DNA of 64,000 nucleotides from Polyangiaceae bacterium. Lineage in GTDB: Bacteria; Myxococcota_A; Polyangia; Polyangiales; Polyangiaceae. Position numbers and translations under genes: made by a program. The notes beneath the pieces are model-generated. The model saw only the letters and a program-made list of their open reading frames with translations. It had not been told where the DNA came from and made no database searches. How positions within the stretch are numbered: the first letter of the stretch is position 1; every line of letters starts with the position of its first letter. Positions 22,548 to 29,825 of this stretch are shown here, one piece after another. The stretch covers positions 1 to 64,000 of the forward strand of contig JBGANF010000004.1 in the NCBI GenBank assembly GCA_044222475.1, in the 5' to 3' direction.

Positions 22548-22856
22548 ATGACCCCGTGCCCGTCGTGCCGGCGCCTCGTTCGCCGCGAGGATCGCGCGTG
22601 CCCGCACTGCGCGCGACGCCGCGCGATCGGCGTGGCCGGCGTCGCGGCGCTCGTGCTCGCGTCGTGTGAGCCGGCCATGCACCCGGTCGTGGTCGAGCCC
22701 GCTCGGACGGACCCAGCCATCGATCCCGGTCCGAAATCGAGCGCCCCGCCGGCGCCGACCGCGTCCGCCCCGCCGACGCCCGAGCGCACGCCGAAGCGCG
22801 GGGTCATCCAGATCGTGCCGCTCTACGGTTGCCCGCCGCTGGTCGAGGACGTCTGA
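22548..22856 (+). CDS. Zn-ribbon/lipoprotein XYG precursor paralog A (convergent with the rSAM gene)
   Basis: CPSC-x10-CPHC, RRR plus hydrophobic stretch plus LASC, C-terminal PLYGCPP. Confidence 0.8.
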   Translation: MTPCPSCRRLVRREDRACPHCARRRAIGVAGVAALVLASCEPAMHPVVVEPARTDPAIDPGPKSSAPPAPTASAPPTPERTPKRGVIQIVPLYGCPPLVEDV

Positions 22857-22881
22857 GAAGACGGTTCGCTCCGGAAGCGCA

Positions 22882-24168
22882 TCACGGCACGAACTTCGCG
22901 AGCTCCTGGAAGCGCCCGATCTCGTCCTCCGGGAACTTCTCTCGGATGATCTCGAAGACCGAGTAGTCGAACGGCAGACCCGGCGCTTCTTTCACTTTGC
23001 GGATCCGCTCGCGCTCCCCCTTCTCGAGGAGCTCCAGCGCTCGGTGATGGCACCACGGGTTGTCGCCCGCTTTGCCGAACGCCACGTGCGTCGTCCAGTT
23101 GCAGCCGCCCTTGCACTCTTCCGCGTAGTAGCAGGTGCGGCAGAACCCGCTCAGATCCTCGACCGTCATGTCGCGGGTGAAGCGCAGCTCCTTGCTGCGC
23201 TCCCAGATGTCCTTCAGCGAGTGCTCGCGCACGTTTCCGCCCACGTAGTCCGACGTCGGCAGCGACGGGCACCCCTTGATGTCGCCGTTGGCCTCGATGC
23301 CGAGCACCGCGCGCCCCGCGCCGCACGACCCGCGATGCCCGCCGGGCCAGTGCCCGCGGAAGTGCGTCTCGTACGGGCCGTAGTAGCCGATGTTGTTGCC
23401 GGGAAACATGCGGACCTTCGTCTCGTCCGCGCGCGTCTTCAGCTTCGCGAGCATCGGCATCACCTCGAGCACCATGTACGGCTCGAGCAGCATCTCCGGC
23501 TCGTCGCCCGCGCGGCCCATCGCCGTCGTGAGCTGCACTTGCCAGCCGTGGATCTTCTTCGACGCGAGGAGCTCGAACACCTCGGGGATCTCGTGCAGGT
23601 TGGCGCGGTTCACCTGCGTGTTCGCCGCGACCGGAATGCCTGCCTCCTTCGCGTTGTCCATCGCCTGGAGCGCGGACTCGAAGCTCCCCTTCACGCCTCG
23701 CAGCGCGTCGTGCGACTCCTTCAAGCCGTCGAGCGAGACGCTGATGCTCTGGATGCCCGCTTCCTTCGCGGCTTTCGCGCGTTCCTTGGTGAAGCCGCGA
23801 CCGCCGGTCGTGCTGGTGCACTGCATGCCGCGGCGACGCACCTCGCGCACGATGTCGGTCCAGTCGTCGCGGAGGTACGCCTCACCGCCGATGAGCGTGA
23901 CCTCGAGCGTGCCGAGGTCGGCCATCTGGTTCACGAGATCGAGACACTCCGCGGTCGACAGCTCGTCCGGGCGTTCGCGCCCGGCGCGCGAGCCGCAGTG
24001 CCGGCACGCGAGATCGCACGCGAGGGTGATCTCCCACACGGCGTAGATCGGCCGCACGGCGTCCTTCGGTCGCACCTCGTCGGCGAGGGGCAATCGCTTC
24101 TTCGCCGAAGGTAACGCCGTCGGCGCGATCGGAAGGGACCGCGGACGCGGTCCGAGCGCCGACGACAT
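22882..24168 (-). CDS. Radical SAM/SPASM peptide maturase, PlpX/PcpX splicease-like
   Basis: AVWEITLACDLACRHCGSRAG (CxxxCxxC), ELST, IGGEA, SVSLDG; SPASM CGAG...GDIKGCPSL...CRTC-x5-CKGGC...PWC. Confidence 0.92.
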   Translation of the reverse strand: MSSALGPRPRSLPIAPTALPSAKKRLPLADEVRPKDAVRPIYAVWEITLACDLACRHCGSRAGRERPDELSTAECLDLVNQMADLGTLEVTLIGGEAYLRDDWTDIVREVRRRGMQCTSTTGGRGFTKERAKAAKEAGIQSISVSLDGLKESHDALRGVKGSFESALQAMDNAKEAGIPVAANTQVNRANLHEIPEVFELLASKKIHGWQVQLTTAMGRAGDEPEMLLEPYMVLEVMPMLAKLKTRADETKVRMFPGNNIGYYGPYETHFRGHWPGGHRGSCGAGRAVLGIEANGDIKGCPSLPTSDYVGGNVREHSLKDIWERSKELRFTRDMTVEDLSGFCRTCYYAEECKGGCNWTTHVAFGKAGDNPWCHHRALELLEKGERERIRKVKEAPGLPFDYSVFEIIREKFPEDEIGRFQELAKFVP

Positions 24169-24171
24169 CGG

Positions 24172-24561
24172 TCAGACCCAGCCTTCAGGGGGCAGCGGCG
24201 CTTGACCGTAGGGCGGGAGGATGGGCACGTCCTGCTTCACGTCGGCCGATGCATCGGCAGAGGCATCCGGATCGCTCGCGTCGAACGGACCGCCGTACGC
24301 CGGCCCGATCGGGATCTCGTCGACGGCGTCCTTCGTCGCGTCCTTCGTCGCCGAGTCCGTACCTCCGGCGTCGGAGGTGGGCTCCGTCGTGCCGCCGCAA
24401 GCGACGCTGATCGCCGCGACCGCGGCAATGCGGGCCGCGCGGCTGAGGTGGCTGCGCACGACGACCCTCGGGAGCGCGCTCGAAACGGCGGCGTTGCAGA
24501 AGGGACACGCGCTGTCACCGTGGCGAACGAGACGGGCGCAAGAAGAGCAAGGCTTGAGCAT
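24172..24561 (-). CDS. Zn-ribbon/lipoprotein XYG precursor paralog B
   Basis: CSSC-x10-CPFC, SVAC, PAYGGP and PPYGQ. Confidence 0.85.
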   Translation of the reverse strand: MLKPCSSCARLVRHGDSACPFCNAAVSSALPRVVVRSHLSRAARIAAVAAISVACGGTTEPTSDAGGTDSATKDATKDAVDEIPIGPAYGGPFDASDPDASADASADVKQDVPILPPYGQAPLPPEGWV

Positions 24562-24584
24562 GAAGGACCTCTTTCGTCAGCCTA

Positions 24585-24929
24585 TCAGTCTTTGCCGGAG
24601 TCGGCCCCCGAGTCCATCGGAGGTAGACCGTAGGCGCCCATGACGGCGTCCGGACCAGCGTCGGCGTCCGGTCCCGCGTCTTTGCCGGCGTCCGTGCCGG
24701 AGTCGACGAAGATCGCGCCGTAGGCCGGGGCGCCGTAGACGGGCTGAGAGACCTCGCTCCCGCAGGCAGCGGCGACCGCGGCGGCGCCGAGGAGCGCCGC
24801 GCGGTGGAGCCGGCGAGGCGGCGAGGCGGCGCGTGGCGCCGGGTGAACGACGGTGGCACCGCAGAAGGGGCACGCGGCGTCGGCCGATCGTACCAACCTG
24901 GTACACGTGGCGCAGGGCGAGAGTCTCAT
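24585..24929 (-). CDS. Zn-ribbon/lipoprotein XYG precursor paralog C
   Basis: CATC-x10-CPFC, AAAC, VYGAP, AYGA and AYGLPP. Confidence 0.85.
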   Translation of the reverse strand: MRLSPCATCTRLVRSADAACPFCGATVVHPAPRAASPPRRLHRAALLGAAAVAAACGSEVSQPVYGAPAYGAIFVDSGTDAGKDAGPDADAGPDAVMGAYGLPPMDSGADSGKD

Positions 24930-24930
24930 G

Positions 24931-25299
24931 TCAGTCCTTGCCTCCGTCGAGGGGTGGTCCGCCGTAGGCGGCGATCGGTCCGTCGGGCGCGGCGTCCTTG
25001 GCGGCGTCGACGCCCGAGTCGATGGGCGGACCGCCGTACGCGGCGACCGGTCCGTCGGCCGCGGCGTCCTTCGCGCCGTCGGCGGCGGCGTCCTCCGGAG
25101 GTGCCGGCGCGCCGTAGAGTGCCTGGCTCGTGCCGCAGCCGACGGTGATCGCCGCCGCGCCCACGAGCATGAGCCCGCGGCGAAGACGCGGCGCGGTCGT
25201 CGACTCGGCGGAGTGCGCGACCGATGCGCCGCAGAAAGGACACGTCGTGTCGGTCGCTCGTACCAATCTGGTACAGGTGGCGCAGGGTGAGAGCTTCAT
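24931..25299 (-). CDS. Zn-ribbon/lipoprotein XYG precursor paralog D
   Basis: CATC-x10-CPFC, RRGLM...TVGC, LYGAP and 2x AYGGPP. Confidence 0.85.
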   Translation of the reverse strand: MKLSPCATCTRLVRATDTTCPFCGASVAHSAESTTAPRLRRGLMLVGAAAITVGCGTSQALYGAPAPPEDAAADGAKDAAADGPVAAYGGPPIDSGVDAAKDAAPDGPIAAYGGPPLDGGKD

Positions 25300-25302
25300 C
25301 GT

Positions 25303-25662
25303 TCAGTCCTTCCCGGAGTCGAGCGGCGGGCCGCCGTACGCCGCGATCGGTCCATCGGGTGCGGCGTCCTTCGCGGCGTCGAGCCCGCCGTCGAGCGGTG
25401 GGCCGCCGTACATGGCGACGGGACCGTCGGGCGCGGCGTCCTGAGTGATGCCGCCGTCGGGGGAAGGCATTCCGTAGGCCGGCTGGGCGGTACCGCCGCA
25501 GCTCACGCTGATCGCTGCCGCGCCGACGAGCATCAACCCCCGCCGGACTCGCGGGGCGACTGCGCCGGGGCCGGCATGGGCGACCGGCGACTTGCAGAAC
25601 GGGCACGTCGCGTCGGCGAGACGCACGAGCCTCTGGCAGGAGCTGCAAGACGTAAGCTTCAT
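25303..25662 (-). CDS. Zn-ribbon/lipoprotein XYG precursor paralog E
   Basis: Internal ATG of ORF 25303..26070 after GGAGG; MKLTSCSSC-x10-CPFC, SVSC, AYGMP, MYGGPP and AYGGPP. Confidence 0.85.
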   Translation of the reverse strand: MKLTSCSSCQRLVRLADATCPFCKSPVAHAGPGAVAPRVRRGLMLVGAAAISVSCGGTAQPAYGMPSPDGGITQDAAPDGPVAMYGGPPLDGGLDAAKDAAPDGPIAAYGGPPLDSGKD

Positions 25663-25759
25663 AAGAAATCCCTCCGCGAAGAATCTTCGCACGGAGCGGG
25701 CGTTCCCCCAAGCCCCGTCACGCTCCGGCGCGATCGGTCGCGCATGGCGTTGATCGGGA

Positions 25760-26116
25760 TCAATGCTTTGGCTTGGGACCGCCGTCCCTGGCCGCGTCTG
25801 CACCGCCGTCGACCGGCGGAGGAGTCGGCACGGCGGCGTCCGGCATCGGCGGCGGGCCGCCGTAGACGGCGACCGGCGGCGGGGGCCCGCCGTAGACCTC
25901 GACCCCGGCCGACGGCTCCAGCCCGAGCATCCGCTTGCACGAGTCGACCGGACCACCGAGCGCGACCGCAGCCGAGACGAGGAGCGCGCTCCGCGAGGCT
26001 CGTCCCAACTTGGTACCGCTCGTCCGTGCGGCGCGCATCGGTGCAGCACAGAACGGACAGCGCGGGTCACCCAGCCGCACCAAGCGACGGCACGCGGCGC
26101 AAGGGCGAAGGCTCAT
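25760..26116 (-). CDS. Zn-ribbon/lipoprotein XYG precursor paralog F
   Basis: Internal ATG of ORF 25760..26635; MSLRPCAAC-x10-CPFC, GGPVDSC and 2x VYGGPP. Confidence 0.85.
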   Translation of the reverse strand: MSLRPCAACRRLVRLGDPRCPFCAAPMRAARTSGTKLGRASRSALLVSAAVALGGPVDSCKRMLGLEPSAGVEVYGGPPPPVAVYGGPPPMPDAAVPTPPPVDGGADAARDGGPKPKH

Positions 26117-26547
26117 CGATCCCGCGGGGGCACGCCGTAGGGTGGGATCGCGATCGAGCCCGGGGAGCCGCCGTCTCGCGGGGCGGACTTGGCGCCCGCG
26201 TCCTTGGAGGGGCCCGCGTCGGCCGGCACGATCGTGGGCCCCGCGTCGGGCCCCGGCGGCGGCGGCGGCGGGAGGCCGTAGGCGGGAAGAGCCATGGTGG
26301 TCGGTGGCGGAGGCACGGCGCCGTACGCGGCCTGGACGCCGCTGTCGAAGCCGAGCATCTTGCGGCACGTCTCCACCGGACCGCCGAGCGTCACCGCCGC
26401 GGTCACGAGCAGCGCGCTCCGTGACATTCGTCCCAAGATGGGACGACGATTCGGCCGCACCGTCGGCTGCTTCGCCGCGCAGAACGGGCACTCCGCGTCC
26501 GATGCGCGGACGAGGCGACGGCACGACGGGCAGGCCGCGAGGCTCAT
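26113..26547 (-). CDS. Zn-ribbon/lipoprotein XYG precursor paralog G
   Basis: Internal ATG of ORF 26113..26790; MSLAACPSC-x10-CPFC, GGPVETC, AYGAV, AYGLPP and PYGVPP; ATGA overlap. Confidence 0.85.
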   Translation of the reverse strand: MSLAACPSCRRLVRASDAECPFCAAKQPTVRPNRRPILGRMSRSALLVTAAVTLGGPVETCRKMLGFDSGVQAAYGAVPPPPTTMALPAYGLPPPPPPGPDAGPTIVPADAGPSKDAGAKSAPRDGGSPGSIAIPPYGVPPRDR

Positions 26548-26816
26548 TCCTTCGCGCCCGCGTCGACCGAGGCGGCCGGCTCGACCGACGCCGACGGATC
26601 CGGCTGGTTCGTCGGCTCGTGGGGCGGCGGACCACCGTACGCGCCGAAGAAGCAACCGGCCGCGCCGACGCCGACGGTTCCCGCCACGAGGGCGGCTCGA
26701 GCCGCCCGACGCAGGCCTCGCGACGGCGAGCGAGACGCGCACGCCGCGCCGCAGAACGGGCAGACGTCGCCGCGCACGAGGCGCGAGCACGCCGCGCAGG
26801 GGGCGAGCGAGCTCAC
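26544..26816 (-). CDS. Zn-ribbon/lipoprotein XYG precursor paralog H
   Basis: Internal GTG of ORF 26544..27083 (GTGA overlap); CAAC-x9-CPFC and AAGCFFGAYGGPP. Confidence 0.82.
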   Translation of the reverse strand: MSSLAPCAACSRLVRGDVCPFCGAACASRSPSRGLRRAARAALVAGTVGVGAAGCFFGAYGGPPPHEPTNQPDPSASVEPAASVDAGAKE

Positions 26817-27037
26817 TTCGACGGACTCGACGCCGGCTCGGTCGTCGACGCCGACGGATCGGGTGGCGGCGAGTACACGCGATCGTGCTTCGACGGTCCG
26901 CCGTAGCACGCGGTCGTGCCGACGGCGGCGGCGATCGCGATCGCGGTGACCGCGGTGGCGACGCGGCGAGACTTGCAGAACGGACACGACGTGGCCCCCT
27001 CGCGGAGGTGCCGATGACAACGGGTGCAGGGTTTCAT
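26813..27037 (-). CDS. Zn-ribbon/lipoprotein XYG precursor paralog I
   Basis: Internal ATG of ORF 26813..27223; MKPCTRC-x10-CPFC and TTACYGGP. Confidence 0.82.
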   Translation of the reverse strand: MKPCTRCHRHLREGATSCPFCKSRRVATAVTAIAIAAAVGTTACYGGPSKHDRVYSPPPDPSASTTEPASSPSK

Positions 27038-27390
27038 CACTTGGATCCTCTGGTGCTCGGGATTGGAGCGGGAGGGAAGCCATACGCGGGGGCGGTGACC
27101 GGATTGGGCTCGGGTGCCGAAGCCGACGGCGCGGTCGTCGCGGACGGCTGCGGTGGCGGCGCGCTTGCGTCGTCTTGCACGACCGGTGGTCCGCCGTACA
27201 TCGACACCTGCGGCGCGCCGCATGCGCCCGCGACCGACACCGATGCGGCGGCGCCGGCGATCAAGACCGCTCGCGGCCAGCGCCCGGTCGCCGCGGCGCG
27301 CGCGGCAACCGGACGTGCAAGGCCATCGCAGAAAGGACAGCGAGCTTCGCGGACGAGACGCGCGCAGGCCGTGCAGGGGCGCAGGCTCAC
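27037..27390 (-). CDS. Zn-ribbon/lipoprotein XYG precursor paralog J
   Basis: Internal GTG of ORF 27037..27606; CTAC-x9-CPFC, AGAC, MYGGPP and AYGFPP. Confidence 0.82.
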   Translation of the reverse strand: MSLRPCTACARLVREARCPFCDGLARPVAARAAATGRWPRAVLIAGAAASVSVAGACGAPQVSMYGGPPVVQDDASAPPPQPSATTAPSASAPEPNPVTAPAYGFPPAPIPSTRGSK

Positions 27391-27391
27391 G

Positions 27392-27784
27392 TCACGGCTT
27401 CCTAGGCGGAGGCGCGGCTCCGTACATCGCGACCGGGCCGGTCGGCGGTTGGGCGGGCTGAGGCGGCACCGCGGCCGGGCCGGCGTCCACCTCGGGCGGC
27501 GGGGCGGGCGCGCCGTACATCGCGATCGCGGTGGGGTCCGTCGGACCGGGCTGCGGCGCGATCTGAGGCGGCTGCCCTTGCGGCTCCTTCGTGCACGCAG
27601 CGGCACCGCCGATCGCGGTAGCGCCGATCGCGCCGGCGAACAGCACCGCGCGGGCGCGACGCACCATCGGCGTCGCGGACGGGAGCGCGGTCGGCATCGC
27701 GGCCAGTGCCTCGCGGCAGAACGGACAACGATCCGCGTGAACGCGGACCAGACGACGGCACGAGGTACAGGCGCGGAGGCTCAT
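27392..27784 (-). CDS. Zn-ribbon/lipoprotein XYG precursor paralog K (first gene of the array)
   Basis: CTSC-x10-CPFC, AAAC and 2x AMYGA; TACCCT -10-like box at 27793-27798. Confidence 0.85.
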   Translation of the reverse strand: MSLRACTSCRRLVRVHADRCPFCREALAAMPTALPSATPMVRRARAVLFAGAIGATAIGGAAACTKEPQGQPPQIAPQPGPTDPTAIAMYGAPAPPPEVDAGPAAVPPQPAQPPTGPVAMYGAAPPPRKP

Positions 27785-27824
27785 CGGCTTCGAGGGTACG
27801 AGACGTCCCCGGCGAACGAAAGAT

Positions 27825-29315
27825 CTAAGCGGTAGGCATCGGGATCTGCGCGTTCTTGAACATCGCGAGCAGCCCGTTCTTGTCCACCGACTTCATCCAC
27901 GCCTCTTTCGGTTCGACGAGCTTCTTCTGCACGAGCGCCAGCAGCGAGTCGTTCATCGTCACCATGCCGGCGCCCTTCGACGTCTGCATGATCGACGGGA
28001 TCTGGAAGGTCTTTCCTTCGCGGATGAGGCTCGACACGGCCGAGCTGCCGAGGAGGATCTCCATCGCGGCGACGCGCCCTCCCCCAATTTTCTTGCAGAG
28101 CACCTGCGCGACGACGCCCTTGATCGACTCGCTGAGCATGACGCGGATCTGCTCCTGCTGATCGGTCGGGAACTGATCGATGATGCGGTCGACGGTGGAG
28201 ATCGCGGTCGTCGTGTGGAGCGTGCCGAACACGAGGTGTCCGGTTTCCGCCGTCTCGATCGCGATGGCGATCGTCTCGAGGTCGCGCATTTCGCCGACGA
28301 GCACGATGTCGGGATCTTCGCGGAGCGCCGCGCGGAGAGCGTTCTTGAAGCTCTTCGTGTGCTGCCCGACCTCGCGCTGGTTCACGAGGCACTTGATGTT
28401 CTTGTGCACGAACTCGACCGGGTCTTCGATCGTGATGATGTGATCGTTCCGGTTCTTGTTGATGTAGTCGATCATGCCGGCGAGCGTGGTCGACTTGCCC
28501 GACCCGGTCGGGCCGGTGACGACGACGAGGCCCTTGGTGAGGAAGCACAGATCGAGCACCGCCTGCGGGAGCCCGAGCTTTTCGGCCGGGATGATGTCGA
28601 TCGGGATCTGGCGCATGACGGAGCCGACGCCGTTGCGATCCTCGAAGGCGTTCACGCGGAAGCGCGCGAGGCCCGGGACTTCGTACGCGAAGTCGGCGTC
28701 GCGCTTCTCTTCGAAGTCGGCCCTCGCCTTCTCGTTCATGATCGGCGCGAGCAGGCGCATCACGTCGTCGGAGGAGAGCGCCGAGCGCTCCCGGATGAAG
28801 TGCATCTCGCCGTGGATGCGCATCACCGGGTGACTGCCGGCCGCGAGGTGCAGGTCCGAGGCGGACCGGCTGATCATGTCGTGGAGGATCTCGTCGATGG
28901 GGTTCTTGCCGCCTTGGGTGAACTTCTTGCTCGCAGCGACCGGCGGCGGCATCGGCGGCGGCGGGGGCACGCTCGCGTAGGCGCCCTTCGGCTCCTCTTT
29001 GGCCGCGGCCTGAGCCGGCGCGGCGCGACGGATCGTCATCGAGAGCGCGGAGCCGATCGCCTTGAAGTCGACCTCGTACGCTTCGCCGTTTCGTTCGGTG
29101 CGCACGGTCCGCGGCGTCGTGCGGACCGCGACGATCTCGTCGGGGCGGAGGAGCTCGGCAGCGACGGCCTGGAGGCTCGGCGCTTGGAGCGGCTCGCGCC
29201 CGATGTCCTGGCGGCGGCCCTGCTTCATCACGTGGATCTTCTCGCCGACGATGAGCTTCACCTCGTCGGAGTCGGTCTTCCGGAGCGCGTCGATGAGTGG
29301 GTCGAGTCGAGACAA
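27825..29315 (-). CDS. pilT: Type IV pilus retraction ATPase PilT/PilU paralog with an extra N-terminal domain
   Basis: ASDLHL, RFRVNAF, GPTGSGKSTT, TIEDPVE, AALREDPD, GEMRD and AETGHLVFGTLHT. Confidence 0.9.
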   Translation of the reverse strand: MSRLDPLIDALRKTDSDEVKLIVGEKIHVMKQGRRQDIGREPLQAPSLQAVAAELLRPDEIVAVRTTPRTVRTERNGEAYEVDFKAIGSALSMTIRRAAPAQAAAKEEPKGAYASVPPPPPMPPPVAASKKFTQGGKNPIDEILHDMISRSASDLHLAAGSHPVMRIHGEMHFIRERSALSSDDVMRLLAPIMNEKARADFEEKRDADFAYEVPGLARFRVNAFEDRNGVGSVMRQIPIDIIPAEKLGLPQAVLDLCFLTKGLVVVTGPTGSGKSTTLAGMIDYINKNRNDHIITIEDPVEFVHKNIKCLVNQREVGQHTKSFKNALRAALREDPDIVLVGEMRDLETIAIAIETAETGHLVFGTLHTTTAISTVDRIIDQFPTDQQEQIRVMLSESIKGVVAQVLCKKIGGGRVAAMEILLGSSAVSSLIREGKTFQIPSIMQTSKGAGMVTMNDSLLALVQKKLVEPKEAWMKSVDKNGLLAMFKNAQIPMPTA

Positions 29316-29336
29316 AGCGTTCTCCTCTTCTGCGGG

Positions 29337-29798
29337 TCAGACGCCGATCGTGAGCACGTGCTGCTTGTGGATGAAGACGACGCCGCCCTCGTCTTGCATC
29401 ACGAGGAACCGTTCGTCACCGTTCACGAGGTCCGAGAGCCTCGCGTCCTTGCCGTGCGGCTCGCTGTCGAGCACGCCGATCAAGCGCGGGAACCCGCGCC
29501 CGAGCTCGACGCGAACGAGATCGACGGCGGCGATCCCGCCCGAGTCGTGGCGGATCTTCTCGGGGACGTTGAGGCGAGGGCGCACGAGGACGATCGCGTC
29601 GCGGCGGATCAGGCGGAGCTCGTCGTTGTCGTCGTGGGCGGGGAGGAACTCGCGGTCGGCTTCGAGGAAGTCGAAGAGCGTCTCTTCGCCGCCGTGGTGG
29701 CGGGCGCTCTCACCGAGGTGGAGCATCATCGGGAGCACTTCCCCGCTCGACAACGTGAGCTCCACGGCGACGCCGCGGGTCGGAACGACAGCCGGCAT
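29337..29798 (-). CDS. Hypothetical protein with two similar beta-rich halves
   Basis: L.D.L....FL.......lI....I..V pattern occurs twice; co-oriented with pilT. Confidence 0.65.
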   Translation of the reverse strand: MPAVVPTRGVAVELTLSSGEVLPMMLHLGESARHHGGEETLFDFLEADREFLPAHDDNDELRLIRRDAIVLVRPRLNVPEKIRHDSGGIAAVDLVRVELGRGFPRLIGVLDSEPHGKDARLSDLVNGDERFLVMQDEGGVVFIHKQHVLTIGV

Positions 29799-29825
29799 GA
29801 TCTGCCAGCCTACACGAGAACGGGG

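Noticed and set aside
22882..24168. Annotation as heme d1/siroheme (NirJ/Ahb), PqqE or mycofactocin rSAM
   Set aside because: None of the partner genes of those pathways is present; the N-terminal motif and the flanking XYG precursors fit a peptide maturase better, pending HMM confirmation.
24931..25662. Repeated DNA blocks in the precursor array as CRISPR or non-coding repeats
   Set aside because: The repeats are in frame, vary at synonymous positions and encode the YGGPP units.
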